64,000 nucleotides of DNA from an uncultured Gemmatimonadales bacterium (GCA_963850905.1 CAWKMU010000003.1:1216001-1280000), one strand, 5' to 3'. Positions 44,037 through 52,542 are shown, numbered from the stretch's first letter. Made by a program: numbers and translations. Notes: generated from the sequence alone by a model not told the origin.

Positions 44037-46361
44037 CTAGAACGCCTGCCCGACCGACAGGTTCAGTTGGAACCGATACAGCAGCCCTTGGGGCGAATAG
44101 CTGCGCAGAGCTGCTGCTGCTGGCGAGCCGGGCGGCCCGGTGACCGTGACAATCTCCCCCGTGGGCGTCTCAGTGAGGACCTCGAGTGGACACGTCGTGA
44201 GCGGATTGAGTCCAAGATCGAGCCGGATCGGCCCGATTATCGACATGTAGCGCAGGCCCGCGCCGGGAGTGATGGCACTGGCTCCGCACGTGGCCTTCAG
44301 CACGGTGCTTTGGCCGACCATCCCGCCGTCGACGAATACGGTACCGCCAAGGGCCTTGTAGATCGGGAACCGGTATTCGACAGTCCCTTCCAGCAACCAA
44401 TAGCCGCCCAGTGCTTGTGGCGTGAAATCGCTGTTATTGAGGTACGGGACGCCGTTCACGCGGCACTGTTGGATCGGGATGTTGGTCGGGCATTCGTTCT
44501 GCGTCCCACGCAATACGTTCGGGGGGATCGTGAGCACCTGCGGACCGAGCTGGTTCTCGCCAAACCCGCGCACCGACGACGCTCCCCCGGCATAGAAACG
44601 AACCGAAGGATGCAGCACCTTGCCCGACGTGTCGCCGGAGATCCCGTGACCGAGAGGGTTGACGAAGCCGGCACGAGCATTGAAGGCGATGACCGATCGA
44701 TAGACGGGGCGGAAGAGCGATCCCGTCACGTACAGCCGATCGTACAGGTAGTCCGACAAAGTGTATTGCGACGCGTAGTCGAACTCGCTGTGGAGAACGA
44801 AGCCGGCGGTCGGGTTGATCGCATCGTTCGTGCGGTCGATTTCCGCGCCGACGAGAACGGGTGAGCGACGGGAGCGTGACAGGAGTGCGTCACGGGTGGC
44901 CTCGTCGCAGACGCTGTAATCCACACAGAAATAGGCGTCTCCCGCCGTGACGTGGGACACCTCGTAGCGGTAGCCGATGGTCAGTGGCGCACGCGGCGCG
45001 AGATCGTGCTTGAAGGCGATGTTGGCGCCGGCACCCTGATCGATGAAGACCCCCGGCGCCAGCCGCCGATGTGCATTGATGCCCAACGTGAGTGAGTTCT
45101 CGGCCCCTAGAAACCACGGCTGCGTCACGTTCGCGCCGAGCAGCCAGGTCGGCGATAGGAATGGCTCCAGGTCGGTGCCGGGAGCCACGAGTTTGTAGCC
45201 GTTGTTGAACACGCCATACAAGGCGTGGGCGAAGAGATTGCCAAGCGCGCCGTCCAGGACGAGCACGCGGGCACCGCCGACCCAGTTGTAGTTAGTAAAG
45301 CGGCTCGAGAACGAGAAGAAGTCGGCGGTCGTGAATCCGGCGCCCGCGCTCGTTTCTCGCGTCGGTCCCTCTAACACCGTCACCACGGCCTCTTTCGCAC
45401 TGTCTGGCTTCCCGGTCGTCGTGTCCACGGTGACCCGGGCGCTGCGAAAGAGATTGGTTTGAAAGAGCGCTCGCTGGCTCGCCTCGACGTCGTTGCGCAA
45501 GAACAGGCTGTTGGACCGCAAAGGGATCGCGTGCCGAATCGTTTGCGCGCTGATGTTTTGGTTGCCTCTCACGATGACCGTGTCGACCGTGGTGCGGCGA
45601 TGGGGCGTCATAGTAATGGTCACGGTGGCGCTGCCGGCGCTGATGTGGCCCTCAGCTGCCAATGCGCGTGAGACAGAATCATCCGGCGGCTGACCCGAGA
45701 GGCGCACCGTCGTATCGACTGTTGCATCCGCGTTGCCTCGAGCCCAGAGACGCTCCCGAAGGGCTACCGCGCTCGTATCCAGTTTGTTCAGGTCTAGCGG
45801 GTCCCCCACCCGCACGCGCACGAGGCGCTGCAACATACGGAGCACGAACAACGTCTCTGGCGTCACCGTCACCGACGTCACGCGCGTCGCCGGCCCCTCA
45901 TGGATCATGAACGTCACTCGCGCGGTCCGGCCGCGCGGCGGGGTGATGGCGGTGTCGACGGAGGCGAGGCGATAGCCGCGAAGCCAGTACAGGACGCGGA
46001 TCCGAATCACATCTCGCTTGAGCTCGTCGCGATCGAGATAGAACCGTTGGTAAAAGTAGGGCGCCTTGGAAATCAGGCAGAAGGGCCAGAGGAGGACACC
46101 GCGACAACGCGAGGCGGTCGTGGTGATGCTGTTTTGGATCTCGCCCGCGGTGACCGCGTGCGCACCCTCAATGACAACGCCCAGCACCTCGGGTCTGGCC
46201 CGGCGGCCGACGAGCGTGTCAGACGCCGCTCGCGTGACTGCACGAGCGGCACCGAAAACGCCGCCAGCTGTATCACCGGGCAGCCGAGTGCCGAGTCCTG
46301 CGGCGGGCCGCGCCCACAACAGCGCGCCTGCCGCAAATGTCGCGAGCCAGGCCGGCTGCAT
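44037..46361 (-). CDS. Omp85-family (TamA/BamA-like) outer membrane protein
   Basis: POTRA-like repeats, RFYAGGASSVRGF, EYRFP, GPIRLDLG, C-terminal GQAF; directly upstream of tamB. Confidence 0.92.
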   Translation of the reverse strand: MQPAWLATFAAGALLWARPAAGLGTRLPGDTAGGVFGAARAVTRAASDTLVGRRARPEVLGVVIEGAHAVTAGEIQNSITTTASRCRGVLLWPFCLISKAPYFYQRFYLDRDELKRDVIRIRVLYWLRGYRLASVDTAITPPRGRTARVTFMIHEGPATRVTSVTVTPETLFVLRMLQRLVRVRVGDPLDLNKLDTSAVALRERLWARGNADATVDTTVRLSGQPPDDSVSRALAAEGHISAGSATVTITMTPHRRTTVDTVIVRGNQNISAQTIRHAIPLRSNSLFLRNDVEASQRALFQTNLFRSARVTVDTTTGKPDSAKEAVVTVLEGPTRETSAGAGFTTADFFSFSSRFTNYNWVGGARVLVLDGALGNLFAHALYGVFNNGYKLVAPGTDLEPFLSPTWLLGANVTQPWFLGAENSLTLGINAHRRLAPGVFIDQGAGANIAFKHDLAPRAPLTIGYRYEVSHVTAGDAYFCVDYSVCDEATRDALLSRSRRSPVLVGAEIDRTNDAINPTAGFVLHSEFDYASQYTLSDYLYDRLYVTGSLFRPVYRSVIAFNARAGFVNPLGHGISGDTSGKVLHPSVRFYAGGASSVRGFGENQLGPQVLTIPPNVLRGTQNECPTNIPIQQCRVNGVPYLNNSDFTPQALGGYWLLEGTVEYRFPIYKALGGTVFVDGGMVGQSTVLKATCGASAITPGAGLRYMSIIGPIRLDLGLNPLTTCPLEVLTETPTGEIVTVTGPPGSPAAAALRSYSPQGLLYRFQLNLSVGQAF

Positions 46362-46409
46362 CGGTTGAGGTTAATGGCAAGCGCTGGGCCGGGCGATAGG
46401 GCGGTAAAT

Positions 46410-46537
46410 GCGGGATCAGGGATCAGGGGTCAGGGGTCAGGGATACAACAAATCGAGAGGGCCAGTCTTAGCGCACCGTGACTGGCCCTCCCGATTTGTT
46501 GTATCCCTGACCCCTGATCCCTGGCCCCTGATCCCGC
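46410..46537. repeat. 58-bp-arm inverted repeat built partly of 7-bp repeats, just downstream of rho (probable terminator or stability hairpin)
   Basis: 46410-46467 vs 46480-46537 are reverse complements with 4 mismatches and a 12-nt loop. Confidence 0.88.
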
Positions 46538-46550
46538 TGTTGAGGCTCTC

Positions 46551-48191
46551 TTATAGACCAGACAACAACGCGTCGTTACTCGGGGTCGCCGCAATGCGCT
46601 TGATCAGCCACTCCATGGCCGACTGCGGAGGCATCTGTTGGAGACCACGGCGCAAGGTATAGACGCCGTCGAGTTGGTCCGGTCGGAAGAGCTTGTCCTC
46701 GCGTCGCGTGCCACTCGTGGCGATATCGATCGCAGGATAGATCCGCTTCTCCGCCAGGCTCCGGTCGAGCTTGATCTCGCAGTTACCCGTGCCCTTGAAC
46801 TCTTCGAAGATCACGTCGTCCATCCGCGACCCAGTTTCCACCAGCGCCGTCGCGATGATCGTGAGTGATCCGCCGCCCGCGTTGGGTGCGACCGAGCGGG
46901 CCGAGCCGAAGAATGCCTTGGGCTTGGCCATCGCCGTCGCGTCGAGTCCTCCCGACAGGGTCCGGCCGGTCCCGCGCTCAACGGTGTTGTGGGCACGAGC
47001 CAGACGGGTGATGGAGTCGAGCACGATGACGACGTCCTTGCCCATCTCGACCAGACGGCGGGCACGCTCGAGCACCATCTCCGCGACGTCGGTGTGTCGC
47101 TCGGCCGGCATGTCGAAGCTCGATGCCACCACCTCGCCGTACCCCCACGTGATCATCTCGCTGACTTCTTCAGGACGCTCGTCGACGAGCAGCACGAGCA
47201 GTACTGCGTTCGGATGATTTAGCACGACGCCTTCGGTGATCGCTTGGAGCAGCATCGTCTTGCCCGCACGGGAGGGCGCGACAATCAGCGCACGCTGGCC
47301 GTAGCCGACGGGGGCAATCAAGTCGATCGCCCTGCGGGTCAACTCGGGTCCGGCTTTGGCCGGCCGGCCGGTCTCGAGAGTGAGCTTCCGCTCGGGATAT
47401 GACGCCGTGAGGGCGCTGAAATCGGGGCGTCGGGCCGCGAGTGCCGGATCCTCACCGTTGATCTGAAGGACGTCGACCAGCGTAACGCGCCCACGTTGAT
47501 CCCGACCGACCGTCGCCGATACGGCATCGCCACGTCGCAGCGCGTACTGGCGTACGAGGTGCGTCGGCACATACGGGTCACCGGCCTCGGCGAGGTAGCT
47601 GGCGGATGGACGACGCACATAACCGCCATCGCGCGCGGCATCGAACCATCCCGCCGTCTCGCCGTCCGCGACGATGGGGACCGGTGGCCCATGCTGTTGC
47701 TGCTGCTGGGCGGCATGCTCGCGGTGTGGCCCGCGGCCGCGATGTCGCCGGCTGTTGCGTCCGTGGCCCTGGCGTCGGCCGTTGTTGTGGCCCCCCTGCG
47801 GCATCTGACCGCCGGATCCGCCGCCCTGTGCATTGGGGCGGCCGGGTCCACCGCCATGACGCCTGAATGGGACGCCATCGTTGGATGCGGGAGCTGGCGT
47901 CGTTGGCAGCGACGCGGCGGGGGGTGGGGTCTCGTCGGGCGCACGCGCGGGCGCGCTCTCGTCATTGCTCTGTTCGGCGCCGAACGAGGCGGCGGGTGGA
48001 CTCGTGTCCGGTTCTCGGACACTGTCGGCAACCGGGGCGAGCGACTCACGAGGAGCTGCTATCTCGACTTCTTCGATGGCAGCATCGCGGTACGGATTCG
48101 CCTCGCCGGCCGCATCTGCGAGGGGGTCGGCGGGAGGCCCAAACGGGCGAGGGCCACGGCCGCGACAATGGGGACGTCGGCGTTCGTTCAT
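46551..48191 (-). CDS. rho: Transcription termination factor Rho with low-complexity N-terminal extension
   Basis: GYGQRALIVAPSRAGKT, DERPEEV, LDSITRLARA, GSRMDDVIFEEFKGTGN, SGTRRE. Confidence 0.97.
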   Translation of the reverse strand: MNERRRPHCRGRGPRPFGPPADPLADAAGEANPYRDAAIEEVEIAAPRESLAPVADSVREPDTSPPAASFGAEQSNDESAPARAPDETPPPAASLPTTPAPASNDGVPFRRHGGGPGRPNAQGGGSGGQMPQGGHNNGRRQGHGRNSRRHRGRGPHREHAAQQQQQHGPPVPIVADGETAGWFDAARDGGYVRRPSASYLAEAGDPYVPTHLVRQYALRRGDAVSATVGRDQRGRVTLVDVLQINGEDPALAARRPDFSALTASYPERKLTLETGRPAKAGPELTRRAIDLIAPVGYGQRALIVAPSRAGKTMLLQAITEGVVLNHPNAVLLVLLVDERPEEVSEMITWGYGEVVASSFDMPAERHTDVAEMVLERARRLVEMGKDVVIVLDSITRLARAHNTVERGTGRTLSGGLDATAMAKPKAFFGSARSVAPNAGGGSLTIIATALVETGSRMDDVIFEEFKGTGNCEIKLDRSLAEKRIYPAIDIATSGTRREDKLFRPDQLDGVYTLRRGLQQMPPQSAMEWLIKRIAATPSNDALLSGL

Positions 48192-48369
48192 CTATTGGAG
48201 GTGACTATGTGGACGTGCGCAGTCCGCGCTAATTCTGCTGCTTCAGCTCCCGTTCGACGGGGGCGCGGATCGGCCACGCGCACGCGGCAAGCTACATGCA
48301 AAACGCATCGCCGCGTCAAACGTACAACTCCCAGAAGATCGCGTGTGCGCCGCGATTGCGCAAGGTGGC

Positions 48370-48630
48370 TCACGTATTGGCCGCGGAACGCGTGGCAACA
48401 TCCATTTGCCGGAGGAGCGCGACCGTCCGCCGGCAGAGGTCGACCATACGCCCGACCGCCGCTTGATGTTCCGGTGCGAGTGGCTCGAGCGCCAACAGCT
48501 GGGCCTCGGCCATCAGCGCCGCCAACGGATTACTGATCTCGTGACGCAACTCGAGTGCGACGGCGCCCACGGCGGCCAATTGCTCCGGCGAGTATTTTTT
48601 TCGTGCACCCAGCTCTCGAGCGTCACCCAT
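48370..48630 (-). CDS. Stand-alone histidine kinase dimerisation/phosphoacceptor (HisKA) domain protein
   Basis: H-box LRHEISNPLAAL and two-helix length (86 aa); no ATPase domain. Confidence 0.75.
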   Translation of the reverse strand: MGDARELGARKKYSPEQLAAVGAVALELRHEISNPLAALMAEAQLLALEPLAPEHQAAVGRMVDLCRRTVALLRQMDVATRSAANT

Positions 48631-49246
48631 GGCTACGCACTCTCCCTCCTCCGATTGGACAGCGCCGATCTCCTTTGAGATCGCGCTTGATGCACTCCTG
48701 CGCGACTATCATGTCACCGGCCACACGGCGGAGCTGCACGCGCGTCTTGCGACACTGATGGACACGGGTACGCCACACGCGTTGATGCTCGCGGCCGAGC
48801 GGTACCGCGACATCCTGGAGATCGCGGGGCCTCTGTACGAACGTGTCGTCGAGAAAGACCCGACCAATGTGCGCGCAATAATCGGGCTCGCCAACGCGTA
48901 TTGGCTCACTGGCCGTGGTCCCGAAGTGGTTGGCGCACTCGCCGATCGGGCCAAAGCTGTCGATCCGCGCAGTCGTGCCGCGTGGCATTTGTGGGCTTTG
49001 ACCGAATCCAACCCCCGCCGTCGAGTCGACCGATGGCGACGCGTGTGTGACGAGTTTTCCGACGACGATCTGGCACGAGCAAACCTCGCTGACAATGCCG
49101 CCAGCCTAGCGGGTGCAGAGGACGACCCCGCTGCACTCCAGCTGGCACTCGAGACGTATGCGGATCTCCGCAGCCGCGCGACGGAGCCGGCCCAAGTTGC
49201 GGCACTGGACCAGGCTCTGGTGACGCTCCGGCAGTGGAAGGTGTGA
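48629..49246 (+). CDS. Hypothetical TPR-like helical protein
   Basis: LYERVVEKDPTNVRAIIGLANAYW...RAKAVDP TPR-like pattern; start uncertain. Confidence 0.75.
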   Translation: MATHSPSSDWTAPISFEIALDALLRDYHVTGHTAELHARLATLMDTGTPHALMLAAERYRDILEIAGPLYERVVEKDPTNVRAIIGLANAYWLTGRGPEVVGALADRAKAVDPRSRAAWHLWALTESNPRRRVDRWRRVCDEFSDDDLARANLADNAASLAGAEDDPAALQLALETYADLRSRATEPAQVAALDQALVTLRQWKV

Positions 49247-49339
49247 CGCGAAAGCTCCTCTGTCACCCGTAACGCCTTGCAGCGCGATACGCGGGTCGCG
49301 GCCGACGACCGGCGCGCACTGCGCCAAGGCGAGCGGGCC

Positions 49340-49771
49340 CTACGCTGACTCCGATGCTTGCTGACCGGGGCACATCGTCGCCACGGCGGCCAGCACATCC
49401 TCGAGCTTGAATGGTTTGCGCAAGAGCGGGCACTGACAATCGTCAATGAGTGCCTGGGCCCGCTCGGTGACGTCGCCCGTGATGAACAGCGTTTGGCGAC
49501 GCAGGTGCGGCTGTAATGAGACGGCGAGATGGAACAGGACGTCACCGCGCACGTCAGGTATGCGCAGGTCGAGCACGAGTACATCGTAGTGGTCGCCCTG
49601 CAACATCGCGTGCGCGCTCTCGCCCGAATGTGCGGACGCAGCGTCGTAGCCGCCCCGCGAAAGCGCAATGGTGAGCGCGCGGCAGATGGAGGGCTCATCG
49701 TCGACGATGAGCACGCGGCGCCGCTGTGGCAGCGGCAGCGCCCGAATCCAGCCGTTCGACAGTGACTTCAT
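49340..49771 (-). CDS. Single-domain response regulator (receiver)
   Basis: VLIVDDE, DVLVLD, FITG, KPF all intact. Confidence 0.93.
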   Translation of the reverse strand: MKSLSNGWIRALPLPQRRRVLIVDDEPSICRALTIALSRGGYDAASAHSGESAHAMLQGDHYDVLVLDLRIPDVRGDVLFHLAVSLQPHLRRQTLFITGDVTERAQALIDDCQCPLLRKPFKLEDVLAAVATMCPGQQASESA

Positions 49772-49865
49772 CCGCCCCTACGTGACTCCATGCTCTACAG
49801 TGTGCTCACGGCGCGCCCATCGCAATTGCCGCGGCTCACCGCCCCAAACCTACACACAAAAATCG

Positions 49866-50960
49866 CTACGGCGAGGGTGGCGTCTTCTTCGTCACCCACT
49901 GCGTCGCCGAACCGCTTGCGGCGGGCCGGTTGGCAACCCCCGGATCGGCTCTCCCGGTCGGATCGGTCGGCACTCCGACGACGGCTGCCTCGTCCGGGAC
50001 GACCACCACCGACGGTGGCGCGGCAACCGGCCCATCGCCCCGCCAACCACGGGAGTCTGAGTGGGCGACGAGGCCCACCTCCCTGTCCAGCGCGAGCGCC
50101 GCGCGATTCGCCGCTCGAAATGGTGCGGTCGATGCCAGGCCTACGTCGTCCGCGATGGTCGGCGCGAGCCACTGCGCCAGCGCAGACACCAGCTCCGAGG
50201 GGCGCATCAGCCGGCGGACGGCGCGCGGCGTGGCGCCCACGGCGCCGCGCATATGCTTAGTCAACATGCGGGGTGCGCTATAGCCAACCTTCTTCGCGAT
50301 CGCCTCGAGTGACTGACGCGGGTCCCGGGCGTACGCGTACGCCTGCAGGAGCCGAGCGGCAACGATGACGGCGCGAGGGGAGCGCAGACCCGCTCGCTCC
50401 AGGTGCCGATACGTCGTCCGCACGGTCGCCCGCGCCGCACGAGCGAGGTCCGCGACGTCACGAAACTCGGTTGGTCGCTGCACCAGCCGCTCGATCGCCC
50501 GCGCAAGCGACGGCGGAAGCGTCGCCAGCCTGGGCGCCAGCTCCTCGAGGAGCGCAGCGGTCAAAGACGTGCCCGGTTGACGTTCGAGCAGTTCGAGAAA
50601 GCGGCGCGGCTCGTCATCATAGCGGTGCAGCACGACGTGGTGGACGGCATGATGCGCGCTATGTCGGGCCAGCTCGGCGATCGCTTGAAAGCTCACGGGC
50701 GAGACGGGGGTGTATACCACGACGGGCAGTGTCAGCCGCGACTCGAGCAGGGCCGCCAGAGCCGTGGCGCGACCGACCCCATCTGCACAGGGATCGACGA
50801 CGACGATATCGGCAGCGCCCCGACGAAGCGCATCGGCGAATACGTCCCACCGCTCAATTCCCGTCAGTGAATAGCCGCTATTCCCCGACAGCACCACGCG
50901 GAGGTGCGAGAGCAACGGAGGCGGGAGGTAGGCCAAAACCTCGAGGCTGCCTGGGCGCAC
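49866..50960 (-). CDS. AraC-family transcriptional regulator with atypical receiver-like N-terminal domain
   Basis: VADLARAA....RT.YRHL, ARLL.A, SLEAIAKKVGYS....T.H.R...G.TP; N-terminal DIVVVD and PVVVYT; start uncertain (GTG 50960 chosen). Confidence 0.87.
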   Translation of the reverse strand: MRPGSLEVLAYLPPPLLSHLRVVLSGNSGYSLTGIERWDVFADALRRGAADIVVVDPCADGVGRATALAALLESRLTLPVVVYTPVSPVSFQAIAELARHSAHHAVHHVVLHRYDDEPRRFLELLERQPGTSLTAALLEELAPRLATLPPSLARAIERLVQRPTEFRDVADLARAARATVRTTYRHLERAGLRSPRAVIVAARLLQAYAYARDPRQSLEAIAKKVGYSAPRMLTKHMRGAVGATPRAVRRLMRPSELVSALAQWLAPTIADDVGLASTAPFRAANRAALALDREVGLVAHSDSRGWRGDGPVAAPPSVVVVPDEAAVVGVPTDPTGRADPGVANRPAASGSATQWVTKKTPPSP

Positions 50961-51004
50961 TGGCAAGAATATGTACGATCCTGGCAGAAAATGCACCTTT
51001 TGGC
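50960..51004. promoter_or_regulatory. Candidate tandem AraC-type operator
   Basis: CTGGCA at 50960 and 50981 (21 bp apart), each followed by ATGYAC (50971, 50991), third TGGC at 51001; AT-rich divergent intergenic region. Confidence 0.45.
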
Positions 51005-51079
51005 CGTCCCAAGGGAACATACGTTCTTCTCGTTACTGCAGCGCTCGCATCACTCATCCCCCTGCTAGCGGAGGAGAGC

Positions 51080-51199
51080 ATGTCCCGCCGTATCACCATC
51101 GCTGTGTTGACCGTGCTCGCTGCGGCCATGGCCGCGTGCGCATCGCCGACAGCGCCCGCGAATGTTTGCCGGCCGGGCGTCACGGTCGGACCCTGCTGA
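51080..51199 (+). CDS. 39-aa secreted (lipo)peptide MSRRITIAVLTVLAAAMAACASPTAPANVCRPGVTVGPC
   Basis: GGAGGAG at 51070-51076 before the ATG; RR n-region, hydrophobic h-region, lipobox-like MAA|C20; followed by an intrinsic terminator. Confidence 0.85.
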   Translation: MSRRITIAVLTVLAAAMAACASPTAPANVCRPGVTVGPC

Positions 51200-51237
51200 T
51201 CGACGGCTCGACGGGACCCGTCGGGCGCTTTGGTCAC

Positions 51238-51276
51238 AAAAAGAAGCCGGGGAACCACTGTGGTTCCTCGGCTTTT
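51238..51276. terminator. Bidirectional intrinsic terminator between the peptide and TPR genes
   Basis: Stem aagccggggaacca / tggttcctcggctt with an A-tract before and a T-tract after. Confidence 0.85.
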
Positions 51277-51306
51277 GGGCTTATGGGGCAGTCGGCGTCG
51301 CCGTCG

Positions 51307-52542
51307 CTATAGGGCCGCCAACTCGCGCATCGCGGCGACCGCATCGACAATGTCTCGAATAGCTGGTACGTCTCGAGGCGTCCGTCGCTGAGCGGCGAGG
51401 CGTTGCGCCACCGCGTGCTTGAGATCCTCGGTCTGAAATAGCAGTTGGTTCAATGCGTGGCGCTCGGCCAGCTCGACCGCGCGCGTGAGCGAGTTCCCGG
51501 CCTCCGCGTATTTCCCAAATGCACAATGCGCGAGTGCCGAGTGGTAGTGATACTGCGCGCGCAGATACGGCGGCAGCGCCTCGTCCAATAGCTCGAAGCG
51601 ATAGCGATCCACGAGCGGCTCGTTCATCTGCAGAGCGCCGACCTCCATCAAGTTGATCATCGCTGCCCAGCGGACATACTGCTCGGCGCCCGTCGCTGCC
51701 ACGATCAGGAACGCATCGCGGGCCGCGTCGAGGGCTCCGAGCTGTGTCAACGCCGTCGCGAGGTCGCTCAAGATGCGGTCGCGAGAGCACAAGCTGTGCG
51801 TCAACCGGAGCGCGTCGTATAGGTGACGCGCGGCCGCCTCGTGCTGACCCCGGGCAATCGCCACGACGGCACGCCCGTGCCGCGCAATCGACCCGACATC
51901 ATCGAAGCCCTTCGCGGTCGCTGCCTCGATCGCTTCGTCAAGGATGGATTCTGCCAGCGGCAGATTGCCGCGCGCCAGAGCCAACGTTCCCTCGCCGACG
52001 CGGGCGTGCAGCACCTTCACGGGATCGCCGGCCGCCGTTCCCGTTCGCTTGGCACGATCGTATGACGAGGCCGCTTCGTCGAAGCGGCCAATCACTCGGT
52101 AGCAATGCGCGAGACGCATCCGCGCGTCGATCACCAGGTGCGGATCGAGCGTCGTCGGCGTGTGCCGGAGCGTGCTTTCGTACACGTCGATCGCCTGCGG
52201 CCAACGTGCGTCGTGATCCAGGCATCGACCGTACGCCATCAGTCGAGGCGCAAGTGGTCGGATATCGGGCGTGTGCGCGCTTTCGACGGTGTCGACAATG
52301 CTGGTCAGGATCGACCGCGCGGCCTGGTCACGCGGGATGGTGTCGATTGCGCCGCGCACGCCCTGGATGCCCCACACCGACACCTGCGGCGCTTCCGACC
52401 CCTCGCTGAGCCACCCATCGACCATCCGCAGCACCATGAGCCCAGCACTGGTCGCCGGCCACTCCGCGTCTGTCTCGGAGAGGCCCCCCAGCGCCTCGAA
52501 AAAGGCGGCGTGTCGCAGTCTGCCGGATGGTCGCTCGATCAC
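51307..52542 (-). CDS. Cytoplasmic TPR-repeat protein (RRNPP/Rap-like architecture)
   Basis: 411 aa, all-helical, TPR patterns (RLAHCYRVIGRFDEAASSY; LALARGNLPLAESIL; ILSDLATALTQLGALDAARDAF); RBS AGGTGAGG before GTG; no signal peptide. Confidence 0.88.
   Translation of the reverse strand: MIERPSGRLRHAAFFEALGGLSETDAEWPATSAGLMVLRMVDGWLSEGSEAPQVSVWGIQGVRGAIDTIPRDQAARSILTSIVDTVESAHTPDIRPLAPRLMAYGRCLDHDARWPQAIDVYESTLRHTPTTLDPHLVIDARMRLAHCYRVIGRFDEAASSYDRAKRTGTAAGDPVKVLHARVGEGTLALARGNLPLAESILDEAIEAATAKGFDDVGSIARHGRAVVAIARGQHEAAARHLYDALRLTHSLCSRDRILSDLATALTQLGALDAARDAFLIVAATGAEQYVRWAAMINLMEVGALQMNEPLVDRYRFELLDEALPPYLRAQYHYHSALAHCAFGKYAEAGNSLTRAVELAERHALNQLLFQTEDLKHAVAQRLAAQRRTPRDVPAIRDIVDAVAAMRELAAL

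Noticed and set aside
47700..48191. Low-complexity Gly/Gln/Arg/His-rich stretch as a separate element
   Set aside because: It is the N-terminal extension commonly found on Rho in many phyla.
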